DNA of 64,000 nt from Gemmatimonadota bacterium (GTDB lineage Bacteria; Gemmatimonadota; Gemmatimonadetes; Palauibacterales; KS3-K002). Within the stretch, counting starts at the first letter, position 1, and every line of letters begins with the position of its first letter. The notes under the pieces were generated by a model. That model did no database searches and was not told where the DNA came from. It saw only the letters and a program-made list of their open reading frames with translations. Where the stretch lies: positions 1,133,939-1,197,938 of the forward strand of contig CP070722.1 of assembly GCA_020350785.1 (NCBI GenBank), given 5' to 3'. Position numbers and translations under genes: made by a program. Positions 60,123-64,000 of the stretch are shown here, one piece after another.

Positions 60123-62496
60123 CTAGCCTTTCCTCCAGCGCCGAGATGATACGCCTTACGGCTGCGTCGACTTCTTCATCGGTTAGGGTACGATCCGGGG
60201 CTCGGAATCTCAACCTCCAAGCCACGCTGCGCGTGCCCGCCGGTATGTTTTCGCCCTCGTAGACGTCGAAGACGGAGAGGTCCTCCAGGTAGCCCGGCGC
60301 CATCTCCTGCATCAGGGCGCCGACCTCCGCCGCGACCATGTCGCGCCGAACGACAAGGGCCAGATCGCGTTCCACCGCGGGATACACCGGCAGCGTCTTG
60401 TAGGTGACCGGCTCGCGCCGCACCGCCGTGATCTCCAGCTCCAAACCCCAAACGTTGCCCGCCCAGCGTGGCGCCTCGATCTCTCCCGCCGAGACTCGCC
60501 CCCCCATGCCCAACGCCTGCCCGTCAACAGTCAGCACCGCGAGCGCATCCTCCAGCGGGCCAGGCGAGGACGGCGGGTCGACGGGGCGCACCCCGGCGCC
60601 CCCGGCAGCCACATCGGCGAGGGACTCCAGCATCCACTTGAGGTCCCAAACATCCCAATCTTCACTCCGTCCCGACCAATGTTCGGGTGCCCGGCGGCCC
60701 GTCCAGATCGCGCCGACGTGAATCCGTTCCTCGGGCACCGGACCGCCCGTAGCTCGGAACACGGTGCCCAGCTCGAAGAGGCGAGTGTCGCGCTGTCCGC
60801 AGGCGAAATTGGCCTCCAACCGCCCGATAAGCCCCGAGATCAGATCGCGCCGGAGGTGGTCCTCGCGCTCGGATAGCGGGTTGAGCAGCCGGATCTCGCC
60901 ACCACTCGACGAAGTGAAGGGCACGCTGCGCGTTTCCATGAACCCGATTCCGACCAACAGCTCACGCAGGCGGTCGAAAACCTCCACGTATCTGTCCTCC
61001 GAGAGCGCTCCCGGCCGCAGGCTTCTCATATCCTCGGGGAACTCGCCATAGCCGTGACGCCGCGCGACCTCTTCGATAAGGTCGACTTCCCGTTCGACAT
61101 CGGGTCGCCAGGTCGGCACCTCGACCGCCAGAGCCCCGGCCTTGCCCTTCTGCACCCCGAAGCCGATGGGCTCCAGGCAGCCCCTGATGATTCCCTCCTC
61201 GAGGTCGACCCCCAGCAGGTGACTGATGCGCTCGGGACGGAGACTCACGATACGGCGGACCGGTGGCTGCGGGTTCACATCGACGGCATCGCCCTCGACC
61301 TCACCGCCCGCCACCGTGAGGATGAGGTCGAGGACGCGCTGCAGGGCGGCGGCCAGGCCGGCCGGATCGATGCCGCGTTGAAAACGGTAGGAGGCGTCAG
61401 TGTCGAGGGCCAACCCCTTGGCGGCGCGCCGGATCCGTTTGGGATCGAAGTAGGCGCACTCCAAGAACACGTCTCGGGTCGTATCGGTCACTTCGCTCGC
61501 CTCGCCGCCCATGAGGCCGGCCATCGCGCACGGACGTGACGCGTCGGCGATCACCAGCATCTCTGGATCCAGCACCCGCTCCTTACCGTCGAGCGTTCGC
61601 AACGTCTCGCCGACACGCGCGCGCCGGATGACGACCGCGGGCCCATCCAGCTTCTCCAGATCGAAGGCGTGGAGCGGCTGGTTGAGCTCATGGAGAACGT
61701 AGTTCGTCGCGTCGACTACGTTGTTGATCGGTTGCTGGCCGATCGCCCGCAGCCGCGACGCCAGCCACTCCGGCGACGGACCGATCGTCACGCCGCGGAT
61801 CACGGCGCCCATGTAACGGGGACAACCTTCGGGATCCTCGATGCGCACGGTCACGCCCGCCGTCTTTCCCTCAAGCTCTGCGGTACGCAGATCGGCGGTG
61901 GCGCGGCGCTGGCCCGGCAGGTCCGCCAGGCGCAGATCGCGCTCTCCCCGGGGTGCAAGCTCGCGCGCCACCCCCCAGTGGCCCAGCAGGTCGGGTCGGT
62001 TGGCCGTCACGTCGACGTCGAGCCTGTGATCATCGAGCTGTAGAGCATCTACGACCGGTTGCCCGGGCTCGAACTGACCGTGAAGTAGCATGATGCCCGC
62101 GGCGTCGCGGCCGATTCCAAGCTCCCGCTCAGAGCAAAGCATGCCTTCGCTGTACTCGCCGCGCAGCTTTGCTTTCTTGATTAGCTGTCCGCCCGGCAAA
62201 GTCTGGCCGGCTCCGACGAAGGGGTAGAAGCCGCCCTCCTGGACGACGGGCGCCCCGGTGACTACCTGAACCGTATCGCCGCGACCGATGTCGACCTGAC
62301 AGACGACCAGCCGGTCGGCCTGCGGGTGAGGCGTCACGCTCTTGACCTGGCCCACCACCAGTTCGGTGAGCCCGGCACCCAGCCAGACCACGTCGTCTAC
62401 CGGGACCGTCGTGTAGGTCAGGCGCTCGGCCAGCTCGGTCGCAGTCCCGCTGATCGTCGGAGCCAGCTCTCTAAGCCAGCGATAGGAAATGTTCAT
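60100..62496 (-). CDS. pheT: Phenylalanine--tRNA ligase beta subunit
   Basis: 798 aa. N-terminus MNISYRWLRELAPT... and tRNA-binding OB-fold (LVVGQVKSVTPHPQADRLVVCQVDIG), B3/4, B5 and FDX-ACB domains in the expected order. Confidence 0.9.
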   Translation of the reverse strand: MNISYRWLRELAPTISGTATELAERLTYTTVPVDDVVWLGAGLTELVVGQVKSVTPHPQADRLVVCQVDIGRGDTVQVVTGAPVVQEGGFYPFVGAGQTLPGGQLIKKAKLRGEYSEGMLCSERELGIGRDAAGIMLLHGQFEPGQPVVDALQLDDHRLDVDVTANRPDLLGHWGVARELAPRGERDLRLADLPGQRRATADLRTAELEGKTAGVTVRIEDPEGCPRYMGAVIRGVTIGPSPEWLASRLRAIGQQPINNVVDATNYVLHELNQPLHAFDLEKLDGPAVVIRRARVGETLRTLDGKERVLDPEMLVIADASRPCAMAGLMGGEASEVTDTTRDVFLECAYFDPKRIRRAAKGLALDTDASYRFQRGIDPAGLAAALQRVLDLILTVAGGEVEGDAVDVNPQPPVRRIVSLRPERISHLLGVDLEEGIIRGCLEPIGFGVQKGKAGALAVEVPTWRPDVEREVDLIEEVARRHGYGEFPEDMRSLRPGALSEDRYVEVFDRLRELLVGIGFMETRSVPFTSSSGGEIRLLNPLSEREDHLRRDLISGLIGRLEANFACGQRDTRLFELGTVFRATGGPVPEERIHVGAIWTGRRAPEHWSGRSEDWDVWDLKWMLESLADVAAGGAGVRPVDPPSSPGPLEDALAVLTVDGQALGMGGRVSAGEIEAPRWAGNVWGLELEITAVRREPVTYKTLPVYPAVERDLALVVRRDMVAAEVGALMQEMAPGYLEDLSVFDVYEGENIPAGTRSVAWRLRFRAPDRTLTDEEVDAAVRRIISALEERLDVRVRGA

Positions 62497-62529
62497 GGTC
62501 CAGAGAAAAGCATGGAGCGCAGATGACGC

Positions 62530-63561
62530 TCAGGCGCGGGCGAACTGTCCCAGGAAGCGGACGTCACCCTCGTACAACAGCCGGATGTCGGGAATCCGGT
62601 AGCGGAGCATCGCGATTCGACCGACGCCCATACCGAAGGCGTAACCGGTGTAACGCTCCGAGTCATAGCCCACGTTGTCGAAGACGGCCGGATCCACCAT
62701 GCCGGCGCCCATGATCTCGACCCAGCCGGTTCCCTTGCAGGCCGAGCAACCCTCGCCGTGGCAGATCGCACAGGAGACATCCAGTTCAGCCGATGGCTCG
62801 GTGAACGGAAAGAAAGACGGTCGAAAGCGCGTCGCCGTATCCTCGCCGAAGAAGCGGCGCACGAAGTAGCCGATCGTCGCCTTGAATTCGACGAAGTTGA
62901 TGCCTTCGTCGACGGCCAACCCCTCTATCTGGTCGAAGGCCGGTGCATGCGATGCGTCGAACGGGTCACGCCGGTACACGACACCCGGCACGACGATCCG
63001 CACCGGTGGCTTCGTCTTCTCCATGACCCGCGCCTGCACCGGCGACGTATGGGTCCGCAGCACCACATCGGCGTCCAGGTAGAACGTGTCCTGTTCGTCG
63101 GCCGCCGGATGATCCAGCGGAGTGTTGAGCGCCGTGAAGTTGTACCACGTCGTCTCGGCTTCGGGACCCCGGGCACGCACGAAGCCCAGCTCCTTGAAGA
63201 TCCCGCAGATCTCGTCAGTGACCAGCGTGCAGGGATGCCGCGCTCCGCGCCAGCGCGGGCGGCCCGGCAGGGTCAGGTCGACCTCCGGCCCTTCCTCCTT
63301 CTGATCCGCCGTCAGCTCCGCAGTCCGCTGCTCAAGTAGCTCCTGCAGGCGCTGCTTCACCCGATTGGCCTCAGAACCCGCCGTGCGGCGATGCTCCGGC
63401 GGAAGGTCTCGCACACTTCGCAACAGCTGCGTGAGCCGAGCCTTGCGACCCAGGATCTCGACCCGGACCTCCTCCAGCCGGTCGATGGCCGCGGCGGCGC
63501 GTATCGCGCCGCTGCCGGCCTCCTCGAGCCGCTGCAGATCGGCTAGGAAATCCCGCATCGC
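62530..63561 (-). CDS. pheS: Phenylalanine--tRNA ligase alpha subunit
   Basis: Start at the second Met (MRDFLADLQRLEEAGS...) because the longer track ORF overlaps rplT by 77 nt. Class II aaRS motifs (FRPSFFPFTEPSAELD; GAGMVDP). Confidence 0.9.
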   Translation of the reverse strand, partial: AMRDFLADLQRLEEAGSGAIRAAAAIDRLEEVRVEILGRKARLTQLLRSVRDLPPEHRRTAGSEANRVKQRLQELLEQRTAELTADQKEEGPEVDLTLPGRPRWRGARHPCTLVTDEICGIFKELGFVRARGPEAETTWYNFTALNTPLDHPAADEQDTFYLDADVVLRTHTSPVQARVMEKTKPPVRIVVPGVVYRRDPFDASHAPAFDQIEGLAVDEGINFVEFKATIGYFVRRFFGEDTATRFRPSFFPFTEPSAELDVSCAICHGEGCSACKGTGWVEIMGAGMVDPAVFDNVGYDSERYTGYAFGMGVGRIAMLRYRIPDIRLLYEGDVRFLGQFARA

Positions 63562-63571
63562 GACCTCGGCG

Positions 63572-63931
63572 CTACTCGGCAAGCGCGTCCCTCGCAACGG
63601 CCACCAAATTCCCGAAAGCTCCCGGGTCGCGCACCGCCAGATCGGCAAGCGCCTTGCGGTTCAGCTCCACGCCCGCCGAGCGCAACCCGTTCATGAACTG
63701 CGAGTAGGACAGGTCATGCAGGCGCGCCGCAGCGTTGATGCGTGTGATCCAGAGCCGACGAAATTCCCGCTTACGCCGGCGCCGGTCGCGGTAGCTGTAG
63801 CTCCAACCTCTCTCTACGGCGTTCTTCGCCGACCGATAGAGCTTGGACCGTGCGCCACGATATCCCTTCGCTTCCTCACGGATCTTCTTCTTCTTTTTGT
63901 GACGTGCTACCTGATTCGTAACCCGCGGCAT
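63572..63931 (-). CDS. rplT: 50S ribosomal protein L20
   Basis: 119 aa: [43 protein letters not shown]..., canonical L20. Confidence 0.95.
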   Translation of the reverse strand: MPRVTNQVARHKKKKKIREEAKGYRGARSKLYRSAKNAVERGWSYSYRDRRRRKREFRRLWITRINAAARLHDLSYSQFMNGLRSAGVELNRKALADLAVRDPGAFGNLVAVARDALAE

Positions 63932-63937
63932 CTATGG

Positions 63938-64000
63938 ACTCCTTTCTTCCGACCACCGTGCCCTGTGCGCCAGGCTGCGCGCTCGCGGCTCAGAGACCGA
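63938..64000 (-). CDS. rpmI: Probable 50S ribosomal protein L35 (rpmI), C-terminal ~20 codons only
   Basis: Open minus-strand frame ending in TAG at 63938..63940 immediately upstream of rplT. The conserved infC-rpmI-rplT-pheST synteny suggests L35, but the visible fragment is too short and Arg-rich for me to confirm by motif. Confidence 0.35.

Noticed and set aside
60176-60451. Multiple short ORFs (60-110 aa) embedded in pheT, recN, rny and other large genes on either strand
   Set aside because: They are fully contained within well-supported genes, lack conserved motifs, and have the amino-acid bias of off-frame translation. Treated as noise.

Overview
This is a high-GC (about 65-68%) bacterial chromosomal segment with dense co-directional gene blocks. 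It contains no CRISPR array, integrase, transposase or low-GC island. I found about 65 protein genes, one tRNA-Cys, and several hairpin/terminator elements. The taxonomic hints (RNase Y-YmdB pair, System I Ccm, type IV minor pilins with a PilX_N protein) suggest a high-GC Gram-negative lineage such as Gemmatimonadota or a relative; this is inference only.

Main content, in window order:
- (a) A respiratory/redox module at the window start: a partial di-heme cytochrome c peroxidase preceded by a CbcL-like fusion of an 11-heme c-type cytochrome to a di-heme cytochrome b. An orphan AmmeMemoRadiSam/PflX-type radical SAM gene lies nearby.
- (b) Transport and peptidase genes: KefB-like antiporter, TauE, Zn-ADH, GGT, and a giant M14 peptidase-like protein.
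- (c) A protein-oxidation repair block: msrPQ, a secreted MBL hydrolase, and msrB.
- (d) A tightly packed co-directional repair block: msrB-CBS-LonH(YcbZ-like)-ligA-polX-ybaK.
- (e) tatA, an AraC-type response regulator, and a DUF1232 protein.
- (f) An amino-acid/amine metabolism island: group II PLP decarboxylase, gamma-glutamylcyclotransferase, PQQ sugar dehydrogenase, ornithine aminotransferase, DUF819, class IV aminotransferase and an NhaC transporter.
- (g) PPIase and M28 peptidase.
- (h) A System I cytochrome c maturation operon ccmE-F-G-H-I lacking ccmABCD.
- (i) A THEP1-type NTPase.
- (j) A minor-pilin cluster (fimT/gspH-like, pilV, pilW, pilX_N) next to tRNA-Cys.
- (k) Housekeeping genes: recN, nadK, ispA, xseBA, folD, ymdB, rny, zapA, pheTS, rplT and a partial rpmI.

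The best candidates for something new are the CbcL-like cytochrome + CcpA module (a putative quinol-linked peroxide/electron-transfer system), the macromolecule-repair super-operon, and a roughly 280-nt terminator-bounded noncoding region downstream of zapA that may encode a 6S-like sRNA.

Coordinates for ORFs follow the supplied track. Starts were revised where an N-terminal extension overlapped a neighbouring gene or the tRNA. All family assignments come from motif reading by eye, not database searches.
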